DNA from: an uncultured Bacillales bacterium
GTDB taxonomy: Bacteria > Bacillota_I > Bacilli_A > RF39 > UBA660
Length of the DNA stretch: 64,000 nt
Reading direction: 5' to 3'
Assembly: GCA_946624985.1 (NCBI GenBank)
Contig: CAMOSQ010000002.1
Location: 27,233 to 91,232 of the forward strand
A program made the translations under genes and the position numbers. A model generated the notes under the pieces. The model was not told the origin of the DNA. It searched no databases and saw only the letters and a list, made by a program, of their open reading frames with translations. Every line of letters begins with the position of its first letter. The first letter of the stretch is position 1. Positions 1 through 9,794 of the stretch are shown here, in pieces.

Positions 1-315
1 TATTATTACGCAGTCTTTGTCTAAATTTGCATATTCTGTTAAAGGTGCGCTTATTTTTATTCTTCCTTGCTTGTCAAATTCGCACATACTAGCACCGGAT
101 AAAAAGAATCTCATGAAGTTTCTAGCATCCTTTGTGTTAGGTAATTCTCTATACTTGCTAATGATATTATTCCATTCTTCTTCTGGGTAGATAAATAAAC
201 ATTTGTCTAATCCTCTTGTGATGATACAGGTATCTTTTAATTCAAATCTAAGTTTTGAAGGAATTGTTAGTCTTCCTTTATCATCAATACTATAATGATA
301 TTCACCCATTAGCAT
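1..315 (-). CDS. mraZ: Transcriptional regulator MraZ (3' end cut by window edge)
   Basis: Reverse translation from ATG (complement 313-315) gives [74 protein letters not shown]. This is the duplicated MraZ/SpoVT-AbrB pattern. It is absent from the ORF track because no stop lies in the window. Confidence 0.85.
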   Translation of the reverse strand, partial: MLMGEYHYSIDDKGRLTIPSKLRFELKDTCIITRGLDKCLFIYPEEEWNNIISKYRELPNTKDARNFMRFFLSGASMCEFDKQGRIKISAPLTEYANLDKDCVII

Positions 316-463
316 GTAAAATCACCCACTTTCCCCCACTTTTTACCACTGCTTACCACTATTATATATATTTAATGATAAAAAGTAAAGATTTTTTTAT
401 ATTTTTTTTATATATTTACATAAATTTACACAAAAAACACATAAGTGTGTTACTTATGTATTT

Positions 464-589
464 TTACCACATACGAGAACCTAATATGATTGCTAGTAAG
501 ATATACAAGACAATAAGAATTATATATCCTGATCCTCTATTTTGAGAACAAGATGAATTATTATTGCCACAGTTTTTTTCACATGACAT
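464..589 (-). CDS. Tiny YjcZ-like (tiny_TM_bacill type) sporulation membrane peptide, 41 aa
   Basis: A GGAGG RBS is followed by ATG. The product MSCEKNCGNNNSSCSQNRGSGYIILIVLYILLAIILGSRMW has a Cys/Gly/Asn-rich head plus a single hydrophobic helix, as in YjcZ-family peptides. It is too short for the ORF track. Confidence 0.5.
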   Translation of the reverse strand: MSCEKNCGNNNSSCSQNRGSGYIILIVLYILLAIILGSRMW

Positions 590-603
590 ATTTATTTACC
601 TCC

Positions 604-690
604 TTAAATATAAGCTCCTAGTATAATTATTAAAAGAATAAATAAAACTAATATAATGGCAGCACTAGATACACCCGAATTATTACACAT
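604..690 (-). CDS. Tiny YjcZ-like sporulation membrane peptide, 28 aa
   Basis: A GGAGGA RBS is followed by ATG. The product MCNNSGVSSAAIILVLFILLIIILGAYI has the VLFILLII core typical of the YjcZ/tiny-TM family. It lies in tandem with the 464-589 peptide. Confidence 0.5.
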   Translation of the reverse strand: MCNNSGVSSAAIILVLFILLIIILGAYI

Positions 691-835
691 AATATCGATC
701 CTCCTTTTTATCTTTTCAACTTATTTTATGAAAATTTTATGAATATGTGATTAGTTATGTCCAAATTATTGTTTTTTTGTTTTTTTTTTGGTATTATGGA
801 TATGTATGAAAAAGACATACTTGAAGGGAGATATC

Positions 836-1807
836 ATGAAAAAGAAAATTTTAGGTATTATGTGTGCTATGGTCCTTATGACTGGTTGTAGTAAATCACC
901 TAAGATAAGCAATGGTGAGGAAGTTGTTGCTTCTCTTGATGGAAAAGATTTTACTGCAAATGAATTATATGACACAATGAAAGGACAATATGGAACTTCT
1001 ATTCTTATTGATATGATTGATTCATATATTGCTGAAAAGGAGATTACTGATGTTGATGCTGCAAGTGTATATGCTGATTCAGTAATATCGCAATATAAAT
1101 TACAATACAAGCAATATGGAATGGATTTTAATGAAGCTTTAGCTAGTTCTGGTTTTGCATCTGAAGCCGACTTTAAAAAAGTTATTATGGCTGATCATAA
1201 TAAAAATGAAGTTTTAAAGAATTATTTAAAGAAGGAAGTAACTGACAAAGAAATTGAAAATTATTATAAGGATGAAATTTCTGAACCACTTGATGTTAAA
1301 CATATTTTAGTTATTCCTGATGTTAAAGAAGGTGCTACAGATGATGAAAAGAAAGAAGCAGAAAATAAGGCTTTAGAAGAAGCTAAATCACTTATTAAGA
1401 AGTTAGATGAAGGTGCTAATTTTGATGATTTAGCAAAAGAAAATTCTGATGATACTGCAACTGCTCAAAATGGTGGTGCAATTAACAATGTAACTAAAGA
1501 TGGTTATGTTGCTGAATTCTATAATGCTGCTTATAAACTTGAAGAAGGAAAATATACAGCTGAGCCAGTTAAATCTGAATATGGATATCACATAATATAC
1601 CTAGTAAAAAAAGGTGAAAAAGAATCTCTTGAAAATTTAAAGGATGTAATTATTAATTCAATTGTTGATAAAAAGGTTGAAAATGATTCTGATGGTTCTT
1701 TAAAAAATGTTTCTTGGGATAAGATAAGAAGTAACTATAAGATGAATATCGTTGATACTAAAATTAAAGGTATTTACGAAGCATCTATATCAAATATATC
1801 AAAGTAA
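836..1807 (+). CDS. prsA: Foldase lipoprotein PrsA (parvulin-type peptidyl-prolyl isomerase)
   Basis: The lipobox signal MKKKILGIMCAMVLMTGC follows a GAAGGGAG RBS. The parvulin core is HILV...NGGAI...GYHIIYL. The start is moved to the internal ATG at 836. Confidence 0.85.
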   Translation: MKKKILGIMCAMVLMTGCSKSPKISNGEEVVASLDGKDFTANELYDTMKGQYGTSILIDMIDSYIAEKEITDVDAASVYADSVISQYKLQYKQYGMDFNEALASSGFASEADFKKVIMADHNKNEVLKNYLKKEVTDKEIENYYKDEISEPLDVKHILVIPDVKEGATDDEKKEAENKALEEAKSLIKKLDEGANFDDLAKENSDDTATAQNGGAINNVTKDGYVAEFYNAAYKLEEGKYTAEPVKSEYGYHIIYLVKKGEKESLENLKDVIINSIVDKKVENDSDGSLKNVSWDKIRSNYKMNIVDTKIKGIYEASISNISK

Positions 1808-1834
1808 AAGGTAGCTGAGCTACCTTTTTATTTT
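1807..1834. terminator. Bidirectional rho-independent terminator shared by prsA and recX
   Basis: A 9-bp stem aaaggtagc/gctaccttt with a 3-nt loop is flanked by an A run and a T run. Confidence 0.6.
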
Positions 1835-2586
1835 ACTATATTATTTATTTCATCTATTGTGAATCCTTTTTGAAATAGTTTTTGCTTTATTGTATATTCT
1901 AGTTGTGCATTATCATATTTTGTTTTATATTTATTATATAATTTGTCATATTCTTTTTTTATTATTTCAGTGTTATTTATATTATTCTTTTCCAGTATTT
2001 CTATTATATCTTCTTTATTATAGCCTAGATTTATGAAGTAATTAATTATTTTTTGTTTCATTATTTTATCAGAATATTTTGTATTACTTTTTACTTTCTT
2101 TATTATCATTTTTTCTAGTTTTTTTTGTTGATCTTCTGGATCAATTTTATTTATTTCTTCTTCTATTATATTTTCATTTAAATCAAGTTTTAAAAGGTTT
2201 TCCTTTATCTTATTTATTCCATAATTACTAAGCAATAGTTTATCATGTATATATGCTTTTACATACAGATTATCATTTATCAGATTTTTGTTTTTTAAAT
2301 CTGTTATTAATTTTTCTTGTAATTTTAGATTTACTTCTTTTTTATTCATATATTCTTTTAGTTCTTTTATACTTCTTATTTTTTTATTTATATATTTAAT
2401 AATGTCATTATATATATCATAATATTTATTTTCTTCTTCTATTATTTTTATTAGGTTATCATCTATTTCTTTTTTATATAATATATTATTTTTTATAATT
2501 ACTTCATCATATGTTTCTATTATTTTATTATTTTCTAATGTTATTTTATATTTATTATTATTCTTTTTGATTTTTATTATTTTCAT
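1828..2586 (-). CDS. recX: RecX-like regulatory protein
   Basis: Lys/Glu-rich repeated three-helix modules (..RSIKELKEYMNKK..., ..INKIKENLLKL..., ..KQKIINYFINLGYNKEDI.., ..IKQKLFQKGFTIDEI) resemble RecX repeats. Confidence 0.55.
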   Translation of the reverse strand: MKIIKIKKNNNKYKITLENNKIIETYDEVIIKNNILYKKEIDDNLIKIIEEENKYYDIYNDIIKYINKKIRSIKELKEYMNKKEVNLKLQEKLITDLKNKNLINDNLYVKAYIHDKLLLSNYGINKIKENLLKLDLNENIIEEEINKIDPEDQQKKLEKMIIKKVKSNTKYSDKIMKQKIINYFINLGYNKEDIIEILEKNNINNTEIIKKEYDKLYNKYKTKYDNAQLEYTIKQKLFQKGFTIDEINNIVK

Positions 2587-2670
2587 TTATATATCACCAT
2601 ATAAATAATAGCACACGAATATTTGTTTGTCAATTTTTTTTGTAAAAAAATAGCACTATAATGCGCTATT

Positions 2671-3609
2671 TTAATTAAATTTTTTCTTGTATGCTCCATA
2701 GATTCCAAGTGTAGCCGCAAATAAAATTATTCCTGGAACTATATAACCTGTAACTCCTGTTTTAGGACTTTCTACAGTGTCTGATGTTGTCTTTTTTGGT
2801 GTAGTTGGTGTTGTAGATGAACTTCCTTGTGTAGATGAACTTCCTTCAGATTCATTGTTGTAAATAGTAACACCATAGATTTTTTTTGAGCTACTTTGTG
2901 TAATTCTTCCCCAAACAAAGTATAAACCAGTTTCTGTTATTCCTATACGCCCATTTTTCATTCCGTCTTTTACATACTCTTCACTAGCCTGAAATGAAGT
3001 TGGTGTTTGTAGCGTTAAGGTATTTATGTAATCTGCTAGCTGGGTAGAATCTATTTCGCCATTGCTGTCTTTTAAATCCATATATCCATCTATTATATTT
3101 TGATCAGTTATTTTTACTGCTTGATATTCGTTCAAAGTATTGCAAAGCGCGCAGCTTTTAAATGGATCATCTATGTGCCACCTGTCTTCACCATTTGTAT
3201 TTTTTATGAAAGGAACTGCTCCATATGCATATGGAATGCTTACATCAACTGAAGTGTGATCTATTACTACTTCTTGTGATGTTTTTTCTCTTACTACTAG
3301 ATATACTGTATCATTCTTTGCAACAATTGCTTCTTTATCTTCGAAAACTATATCAAAGCTCATTGTATTTGTTGTATAAGTATTAACTGGTGACCAATCT
3401 CCTGATGCAGGTTCGGCAGCTTGATTTGCAACTATTGCCCATTGATATTCTTTAGATGTGTCTAATTCAATATTAGTTAATCCGACTGCAAAGTCTAGCG
3501 AGCCATCTTTTTTTATTGTGCTAGTGACTGTAGGATTTGCATTTGATGCTTTTATTATTGGTATGAATAATGCACATGCCAATAATGTAAAAAATAATTT
3601 CTTTTTCAT
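2671..3609 (-). CDS. Sortase-anchored surface protein (SPKTG sorting signal)
   Basis: It has an N-terminal signal peptide and a Ser/Thr/Pro linker. SPKTG (nt 2755-2769) is followed by a hydrophobic helix and a KKKFN tail. Confidence 0.75.
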   Translation of the reverse strand: MKKKLFFTLLACALFIPIIKASNANPTVTSTIKKDGSLDFAVGLTNIELDTSKEYQWAIVANQAAEPASGDWSPVNTYTTNTMSFDIVFEDKEAIVAKNDTVYLVVREKTSQEVVIDHTSVDVSIPYAYGAVPFIKNTNGEDRWHIDDPFKSCALCNTLNEYQAVKITDQNIIDGYMDLKDSNGEIDSTQLADYINTLTLQTPTSFQASEEYVKDGMKNGRIGITETGLYFVWGRITQSSSKKIYGVTIYNNESEGSSSTQGSSSTTPTTPKKTTSDTVESPKTGVTGYIVPGIILFAATLGIYGAYKKKFN

Positions 3610-3791
3610 TTTTCATTTCCTTCCTATGATAGATGTTTGGCTACTTTTCTATCTATAATAATAGTATCATATTTTTTTTGCTATTGCAATAGTTGAATTT
3701 TTTAAATTATTTTTATTTACATTTTGTATTTTTTTGTTTTATATTACATTGTTCTGTGGTATAATAATATATGTAAAATAGAGGTTGGAAT

Positions 3792-5411
3792 ATGAAGAAG
3801 ATACTAATAAGTTTTAATGATGATTCAATTATTGTTAAATATAAGATAGATAAAACTCGGGAAGAAAAAGATTTATCTAAGACACTTTTAAATACTAATG
3901 TAATATCTAATGATGTGCTTTTGTTTAGTGATTCTTATTTAAAAAATAACATTAATATTATGAGTAGTTTTTTAAGTGAAATTATAAAGGAAAAGAATAT
4001 TGAAAAGCTCGTTATTGAAGAATATGATATTGTTCCAATCTTATTGGATATTACAAATAATATTAAGTATATTACGCATATATATATAAATGCTGATAAG
4101 CAAATTGATTATAAGGTATATGAAAAATTGTTAGATGCTTCTTATGTTAAATATATAAATTGTTTTGAAATACCATCTTTTATGTTAGAAAAATTATGTA
4201 ATAATGGTGTTATTGTTGACTTAAGATGTGAAATAATTTCTATAAGTAATTTTGTTTATCAAAATAATTTAGTTAATTATACTAAGCTTTATTATAGGAA
4301 AGTAATTAAGATTTTTAAAAAACTAAATGAAGAAGATTTAAATGATTTTGAAACTTTTTGTCAAATTAATCGAAATTTAAAAACAATTTATGTTTATGAT
4401 TATGATTTTGAAATGATTAAGAATCTATATATTATTTTGGAAAAAACTAATAAGAAAAATGTTAAAATTTTAATTTATCAAAATGTTTCTAATACTGATG
4501 CTATTAATAATAGTTTAAAGGAATTAAAGATTGTTAATAAATTACTTTTGAAGAATTGTGATTCTAAGATTAAGATTATATATAGTATGGATTATATTAG
4601 TAAGAATTTTGTTAAGCAGCTTAGTATAACTAATTTAAAGACTTGTTTGTTAATTATTGTTCTTTTAGAATCAATTATTTTGATAAGTATAAAGGTTAAT
4701 AATTATAAGACTAAGAAAAACGTCGATGAGATTAAAGATATTGCTGAAGATTTTTCAAAGTATTTTGATGAACCATATATTGAGCCTCAAGAGGAAGTTG
4801 CACCTGAACAAACTGATGACGAAAATAATGAACCTGTTATTACACCATATAATACGACGTATGATGAATCTTTCGAAAAATTGTTAAGTATTAATGGTGA
4901 TACTAAAGCTTGGCTTAAATTAAATAATACTAGCATTAACTATCCTGTTGTTCAAAGTTCTGATAATGATTATTATTTAGGTCATGATTTTAATAAAGAT
5001 GTTAATGTTAATGGATGGGTTTTTGTCGATTATAGAAATAACATGAATGATTTAGATCAAAATACAATTATTTATGGACATAATTCTTATGGAACAATAA
5101 TGTTTGCGACACTAAGATATGTTTTAAATGAAAGTTGGAATAGTAATCCTGATAATTTGGATATTATATTTAATACTCCTTCTAGACAAATGCGAGCAAG
5201 AATTTTTTCTATATATGTTATAGATACTACAAATGATTATTTGTATATTAATTTTTCTGATGAGGATTATACTAAATTTATTGATATGATTAAAGGAAGA
5301 AGTATAAAAGATTTTGGTGTTGATTATACAATTAACGATAAAATGATTACTTTATCTACTTGTAGTAGTAAGGGTGATAAAAGATTAGTAGTGCATGCTA
5401 AAATAATGTAA
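3792..5411 (+). CDS. srtB: Class B sortase with about 290-aa N-terminal cytoplasmic extension
   Basis: The C-terminal domain reads NYPVVQSSDNDYYLGH..IIYGHN..LSTCS..RLVVHA, giving the His/Cys/Arg triad in SrtB-type context. It is preceded by a TM helix (LLIIVLLESIILISI) and a long N-terminal domain of unknown family. Confidence 0.75.
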   Translation: MKKILISFNDDSIIVKYKIDKTREEKDLSKTLLNTNVISNDVLLFSDSYLKNNINIMSSFLSEIIKEKNIEKLVIEEYDIVPILLDITNNIKYITHIYINADKQIDYKVYEKLLDASYVKYINCFEIPSFMLEKLCNNGVIVDLRCEIISISNFVYQNNLVNYTKLYYRKVIKIFKKLNEEDLNDFETFCQINRNLKTIYVYDYDFEMIKNLYIILEKTNKKNVKILIYQNVSNTDAINNSLKELKIVNKLLLKNCDSKIKIIYSMDYISKNFVKQLSITNLKTCLLIIVLLESIILISIKVNNYKTKKNVDEIKDIAEDFSKYFDEPYIEPQEEVAPEQTDDENNEPVITPYNTTYDESFEKLLSINGDTKAWLKLNNTSINYPVVQSSDNDYYLGHDFNKDVNVNGWVFVDYRNNMNDLDQNTIIYGHNSYGTIMFATLRYVLNESWNSNPDNLDIIFNTPSRQMRARIFSIYVIDTTNDYLYINFSDEDYTKFIDMIKGRSIKDFGVDYTINDKMITLSTCSSKGDKRLVVHAKIM

Positions 5412-5430
5412 GTAGTTACTTACATTATTT

Positions 5431-6687
5431 TCATTTGACTCTATTATTTTCATATTCTTGTAATAATGAAATGATGCTTAATGCACAATCAACTTGAACT
5501 CTTATATCCTGCGATATATAAAAATTAACAATTTTTTGAGTAAGTGGGTCTTGTGGATTTTGAAATGGTATAATTTCTTCGTATCTTTTTATTAAGTCTA
5601 TAGCATTTTTAAAAATATTACTTATTTCTGGTGCTAATGAATCTCTTTCATTAATGTAGCTTTGCTTTTTATTTTTTATGATTTGTTTTTTTTGATTATT
5701 ATATGCGTTAAGTGTATTTTTAAAAGCATCATACCCTATTATATCTATATATTCATTCCAAAAAGATGCACCTTTTGTTTTTACATCATCATATTCTATT
5801 TTTATATTTGGGAAAATATTATTTAGATATTCAATAAAGTTTTTTAAGTCATTATCATTTATTCCGTATTGATCGATTAAACTTGTGAAATGTCCACCAT
5901 ATCCATGTGATACATTATATTTTACATTGTAATCGCTACATAGTTTATTGAAAGATTCTTGTATTATACTTTTTATTTCTTCATCATATTCAAATATTCC
6001 ATTTCTAAATGGCAATATTCCATTTTCTGCAAGTACCATATTTATTGCTGCTGATGGATCACCTTTATATATAACTAATGTTCTTTTTCCTAAAGTTTCC
6101 ATTATTTCTTTATTGTCTTTTATTTGTTCATATTTTTCATTAGATATTAATACAATTGCGTTATCGGATATTTTTAATCCTTCGTGTGTTACATCCAGGT
6201 ATGCGTCTCTTTCTGAAACAGAATATGCATATCCCGAATTTATAAAATTACCTATTCCATCTATTACTGTGAAGTCTCTATCAAGTTTTACTGTGTTGTA
6301 TTCACCTGTAAGTCCTAGAGGTGTATTTATCGTAAAGTGCTTTGTTGATCTAAATTTTACTGATGAGTATAATTCAAATTTTGTTGTTTCTGGAATAGTT
6401 GTATCAACGTTTTTACTTTTAGATAGAAATTTAAATAAACCACTTTTTTTCGTTTCTTGTTTTTTTCTATATATGCAAAGCATATTATATACGCCATCCA
6501 AGTCTTCCCCGTTAGCTCTCCATACGAAATCAGATGGTAAAAAATCATCACTTCTTATTGTTACAAAATTATTGATTTTTTTTTCTGTTTTTGTTTTTAT
6601 TATTAATTCTTTTAGTTTTTCTATATATCTTTTCATATTTTCTTCATTGGTTGTATCTATAAAATTTATTTTTTCCATACTCATCAC
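5431..6687 (-). CDS. Hypothetical cytoplasmic protein
   Basis: A long ORF with no signal peptide and no motif I recognise. Confidence 0.3.
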   Translation of the reverse strand: MMSMEKINFIDTTNEENMKRYIEKLKELIIKTKTEKKINNFVTIRSDDFLPSDFVWRANGEDLDGVYNMLCIYRKKQETKKSGLFKFLSKSKNVDTTIPETTKFELYSSVKFRSTKHFTINTPLGLTGEYNTVKLDRDFTVIDGIGNFINSGYAYSVSERDAYLDVTHEGLKISDNAIVLISNEKYEQIKDNKEIMETLGKRTLVIYKGDPSAAINMVLAENGILPFRNGIFEYDEEIKSIIQESFNKLCSDYNVKYNVSHGYGGHFTSLIDQYGINDNDLKNFIEYLNNIFPNIKIEYDDVKTKGASFWNEYIDIIGYDAFKNTLNAYNNQKKQIIKNKKQSYINERDSLAPEISNIFKNAIDLIKRYEEIIPFQNPQDPLTQKIVNFYISQDIRVQVDCALSIISLLQEYENNRVK

Positions 6688-6764
6688 CTATATTATAATT
6701 ATTATATAATATTTTCTTATTATATCCAATAAATTTAAAAAAAAATGCTAGTTTTCTAACATTT

Positions 6765-8027
6765 TTATATTGTTTTTTTCTTATATAATGCATAAACTGC
6801 AAGTGTTGTAAATAGGAGCATTGACCCAGGAATTATATATTTTTCAACTCCTGTTTTTGGATTTTCTGTATTTTTTCCAACTAAAGCATACTCACTTAAA
6901 TGTGGTAATTCTCCAACAAGATAATCTCCTTCTACTTTCATTTTTACAATATCATTTGTTTTTTTGTTATCAACAATGTTTATTAGTTCATATGTGTCAA
7001 ACTTTTTCATTTCTGGTGTTATTTTGATTTTGAAAGTAAATGTACCATTTGTTTTTTCTTGATTTTCTTTTGTTACAGTTATACTGTATAAATCTATAAA
7101 TGTACCGTTATCTTTTAACTCTTTTTTTAATTTTGATATTACTTCATCTATTGTTTTTACTTCATCATTATTTTTTGTTTCTTGTTTTAGTTTTTTTATT
7201 TGTTCTAATGAATCAACTGCAAAATTATATGCTAATCCTTTTAATTCTTCAAATGAAATAAAGAATTTATTGTCTAATGTTTTAAATTCATATATTTTTT
7301 TATCTTCTTCTGAATTATTGTTTTGGTTTGGTGTATTATCATTGCTACCGGTGTTTGTTTCATTATTTGTTGTGTCTGGAATGTTTATTTCATCTAGGTT
7401 AATACTATATTCTGTTACCCATCCATCTCCATCTTTAGCTATTGTAATTCCTGCAGGAAGATTTGTTGTTGGAAATAATAAACGACCTCCAATTTGTTCT
7501 AATCCGTTTGATTCTAGATATTCTGTTATAGCTGTATCGTTTTTGCTTGTTTTTAAATTGTATAAAGTATATAAAAGTTCACGTGTTATTACAACATTTT
7601 GATTTGATAATAACTCGGCCCACTCGTCTTTTTCTGCAGTTTTATAATTTACTGTTTCATTATCTGTATTAATGTATCCAAATTCTCCTTTAAATGATAA
7701 TACTGAATTTTGATATTCATAAATCACAAATGAAGTAAATGACATATCTTCATCATCAGCAAATCCTTCTGGCAAATTGGCATATGCACCACTTAAATCT
7801 GTAGTAGCTGATACTTTAATTTTGTTTTCTCCTTCTTTTTGTGCAGTTACATTACTTCCACTCCAGCTTGTACCTATTAGATCTCCATAAGAATAAGTAT
7901 TATCTATCCCTATACGCTCATTAAATTTTGTAATGATCTGATCTATTGTGATATTTGATGCTTTTACTATCGTTAATGGCATAAACATAAGTAAAGCAAA
8001 CATCATCATTAATATTTTCTTTTTCAT
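6765..8027 (-). CDS. Sortase-anchored surface protein (NPKTG sorting signal)
   Basis: It has a signal peptide. NPKTG (nt 6849-6863) is followed by a hydrophobic helix and a YKKKTI tail. Confidence 0.75.
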   Translation of the reverse strand: MKKKILMMMFALLMFMPLTIVKASNITIDQIITKFNERIGIDNTYSYGDLIGTSWSGSNVTAQKEGENKIKVSATTDLSGAYANLPEGFADDEDMSFTSFVIYEYQNSVLSFKGEFGYINTDNETVNYKTAEKDEWAELLSNQNVVITRELLYTLYNLKTSKNDTAITEYLESNGLEQIGGRLLFPTTNLPAGITIAKDGDGWVTEYSINLDEINIPDTTNNETNTGSNDNTPNQNNNSEEDKKIYEFKTLDNKFFISFEELKGLAYNFAVDSLEQIKKLKQETKNNDEVKTIDEVISKLKKELKDNGTFIDLYSITVTKENQEKTNGTFTFKIKITPEMKKFDTYELINIVDNKKTNDIVKMKVEGDYLVGELPHLSEYALVGKNTENPKTGVEKYIIPGSMLLFTTLAVYALYKKKTI

Positions 8028-8071
8028 TTTTGATTCTCCTTCTAATAATTGTCTCTTTTATTATTAATATA

Positions 8072-8100
8072 ATTATATAACATATGTTTTTGTCTGTCAA
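8072..8100 (-). promoter_or_regulatory. Sigma-A type promoter of the NPKTG protein gene
   Basis: On the minus strand, TTGACA, a 17-nt spacer and TATAAT lie about 45 nt upstream of the ATG. Confidence 0.55.
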
Positions 8101-8143
8101 TTTGATTTTTGAGAACATAACTCAAAATAAATTTTGAGGCATA

Positions 8144-8260
8144 ATCACTTACGTGATTATCTTTTCTGCTTCATCGACTTCGTTACCTACCTTCTCCACA
8201 GACTTAAAATCCGATGGTCGCCACCGTACTCATTTACATTTTTATTTTTTCTTTTTTTGT
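8144..8260 (-). ncRNA. Candidate omega/right-end RNA scaffold of TnpB
   Basis: A GC-enriched segment lies directly 3' of the tnpB stop. Its 69-nt core (8166-8234) is repeated 68/69 at 23884-23952. The position matches known TnpB guide-RNA scaffolds. Confidence 0.5.
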
Positions 8261-9415
8261 TTATGATAATAATTCCTTCATATATAACTTTATTCCTTCA
8301 AACATAATATTCTCAGATGCATTTATATCTCTATCTAACTGTGTATGACATTTTGGACAAACATATTCTCTTATACTTAAATCTTTTGTTATTTCATTTT
8401 TATAGTCACAATGTGAACATATCTGACTGCTCGGATAAAATGTATCTATTTGATAGATTTTTTTCATTTTCCATTTTACCTTATATATTAATTGTCTTAT
8501 TATTTCGGATAGTGATGCATCTTGTATTGATTTCGCTATATGATGATTTTTAATCATATTATTTATTCTTAGGGTTTCAGTTACTATAATATCATTATTA
8601 TCAGTTATTTCTTTTGTTATTTTATGTATAGTATATTTTCTTGTATTTTTTATTTTTGAGTATAATCTAGCTAGTTTTTGTTTTGCTTTATAATAGTTAT
8701 TACTACCTTTTAGTTTCTTTGATAGTTTTCTTTGTAGTCTTTTTATTCTTTTTTCATACTTTCTAATTGTTTTATTGTTATCATATTTTTTTCCATCTGA
8801 TGTTATTACTAAGTCTTTTATTCCTAGATCTAGTCCTATTATTTTATTTGGTATTATTTTGTTTTCTTCTAATTCTTGTTCAAATACTACTGATACATAG
8901 TATTTATTATCTTTTTCTCTTGATATAGTTGAATTTATTATTCTTCCTTGTATATTTTTTAAATTCCTATACCCTCTAATTTTTACTTCTTTTAATTTTG
9001 GTAATGTTATTGTTTTATTTATTAAATCTAATTTAATGTTTTCGTATGTTTTATTTTTATACACATTAGTTACAAAGTTTGTTCTATAAGAGTTTCTGTC
9101 ATATTTACTTTTATATTTAGGATATCCTAATTTTTCTTTAAAGAATTTTTGATATGAATTATCTAAATCAAATAAAGTACATCTTAAAGACATACTATCT
9201 ACTTCTTTTAGAAATGGATATTCTACATATAGATTTTTTAAATCTTTTATACAGTCATATGAAGATAAATTTTTCTTTTCTTTTTTATATAATTCTTGTT
9301 TTTTATTTAGGTAATAATTATATACTAACCTAGTACATCCAAATGTTTTATTTATTAATATTTTTTGTTCATTTGTTGGATATAGTCTAAATTTATATGC
9401 CTTATTTATCTTCAT
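8261..9415 (-). CDS. tnpB: TnpB (IS605 OrfB-type RNA-guided nuclease)
   Basis: It starts [14 protein letters not shown]. RuvC-like residues are GLDLG, VTETLRI and DRDINASENI. The zinc ribbon is CSHCDY...CPKCH. The start is moved to the ATG at 9415. Confidence 0.85.
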   Translation of the reverse strand: MKINKAYKFRLYPTNEQKILINKTFGCTRLVYNYYLNKKQELYKKEKKNLSSYDCIKDLKNLYVEYPFLKEVDSMSLRCTLFDLDNSYQKFFKEKLGYPKYKSKYDRNSYRTNFVTNVYKNKTYENIKLDLINKTITLPKLKEVKIRGYRNLKNIQGRIINSTISREKDNKYYVSVVFEQELEENKIIPNKIIGLDLGIKDLVITSDGKKYDNNKTIRKYEKRIKRLQRKLSKKLKGSNNYYKAKQKLARLYSKIKNTRKYTIHKITKEITDNNDIIVTETLRINNMIKNHHIAKSIQDASLSEIIRQLIYKVKWKMKKIYQIDTFYPSSQICSHCDYKNEITKDLSIREYVCPKCHTQLDRDINASENIMFEGIKLYMKELLS

Positions 9416-9523
9416 ACTATCACCACCATACAAATGGTATCACACAAACAATTGTGCGTCAACTAAAAATTAATATATTTTAGAAATTTAAACGCACTTT
9501 CCTAATAAATAAAAAAAATACAT

Positions 9524-9718
9524 TTATTGTAAATGTATTAATCCTTTTGACACTTCTTCTAATGCTTTTCCAATATTCTTTTCTGATTTGTATTCATTTT
9601 CTTTCATTTGAAAATGTCCTGTTTTTTTCATTTCTTCTACTCTTTTTGAAACAATATTTACTAATAAATATTTTGATCCAACTTGTGTTAGTAATTTATC
9701 TATTGATGGATAAATCAT
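9524..9718 (-). CDS. rpoZ: DNA-directed RNA polymerase subunit omega
   Basis: MIYPSIDKLLTQVGSKYLLVNIVSKRVEEM matches the RpoZ N-terminus. An internal start was chosen. Confidence 0.8.
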   Translation of the reverse strand: MIYPSIDKLLTQVGSKYLLVNIVSKRVEEMKKTGHFQMKENEYKSEKNIGKALEEVSKGLIHLQ

Positions 9719-9794
9719 CTTATCACTCCTTCTTTTTTTATAATAGTACATTATTTAAAAAAATGCAAGTTGAAATGCATTTTTTTACATTTAT

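Larger units (their letters stand above)
8144..9504 (-). mobile_element. IS200/IS605-family element carrying only tnpB (no tnpA)
   Basis: The ends are inferred from where homology with the deletion copy at 23865-24101 starts and stops. It contains tnpB plus a structured GC-richer 3' end. Confidence 0.7.

Noticed and set aside
255-545. A 96-aa plus-strand ORF.
   Set aside because: It overlaps the mraZ 5' end and the tiny YjcZ-like gene on the opposite strand. The translation is low-complexity and no RBS is present.
5948-6709. A long plus-strand ORF (253 aa). Similar antisense ORFs occur at 18439-19110, 20282-20767, 22977-23453, 44236-44625 and 62999-63421.
   Set aside because: All lie antisense to well-supported minus-strand genes. 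They have Leu/Phe/Ser/Ile-rich low-complexity translations typical of shadow frames in AT-rich DNA, and they lack RBSs.
8121-8138. An 8-bp hairpin ctcaaaat/attttgag, considered as a terminator.
   Set aside because: There is no U run. It sits at the IS right-end flank, upstream of the NPKTG-gene promoter. It is more likely flank or guide-adjacent sequence than a terminator.
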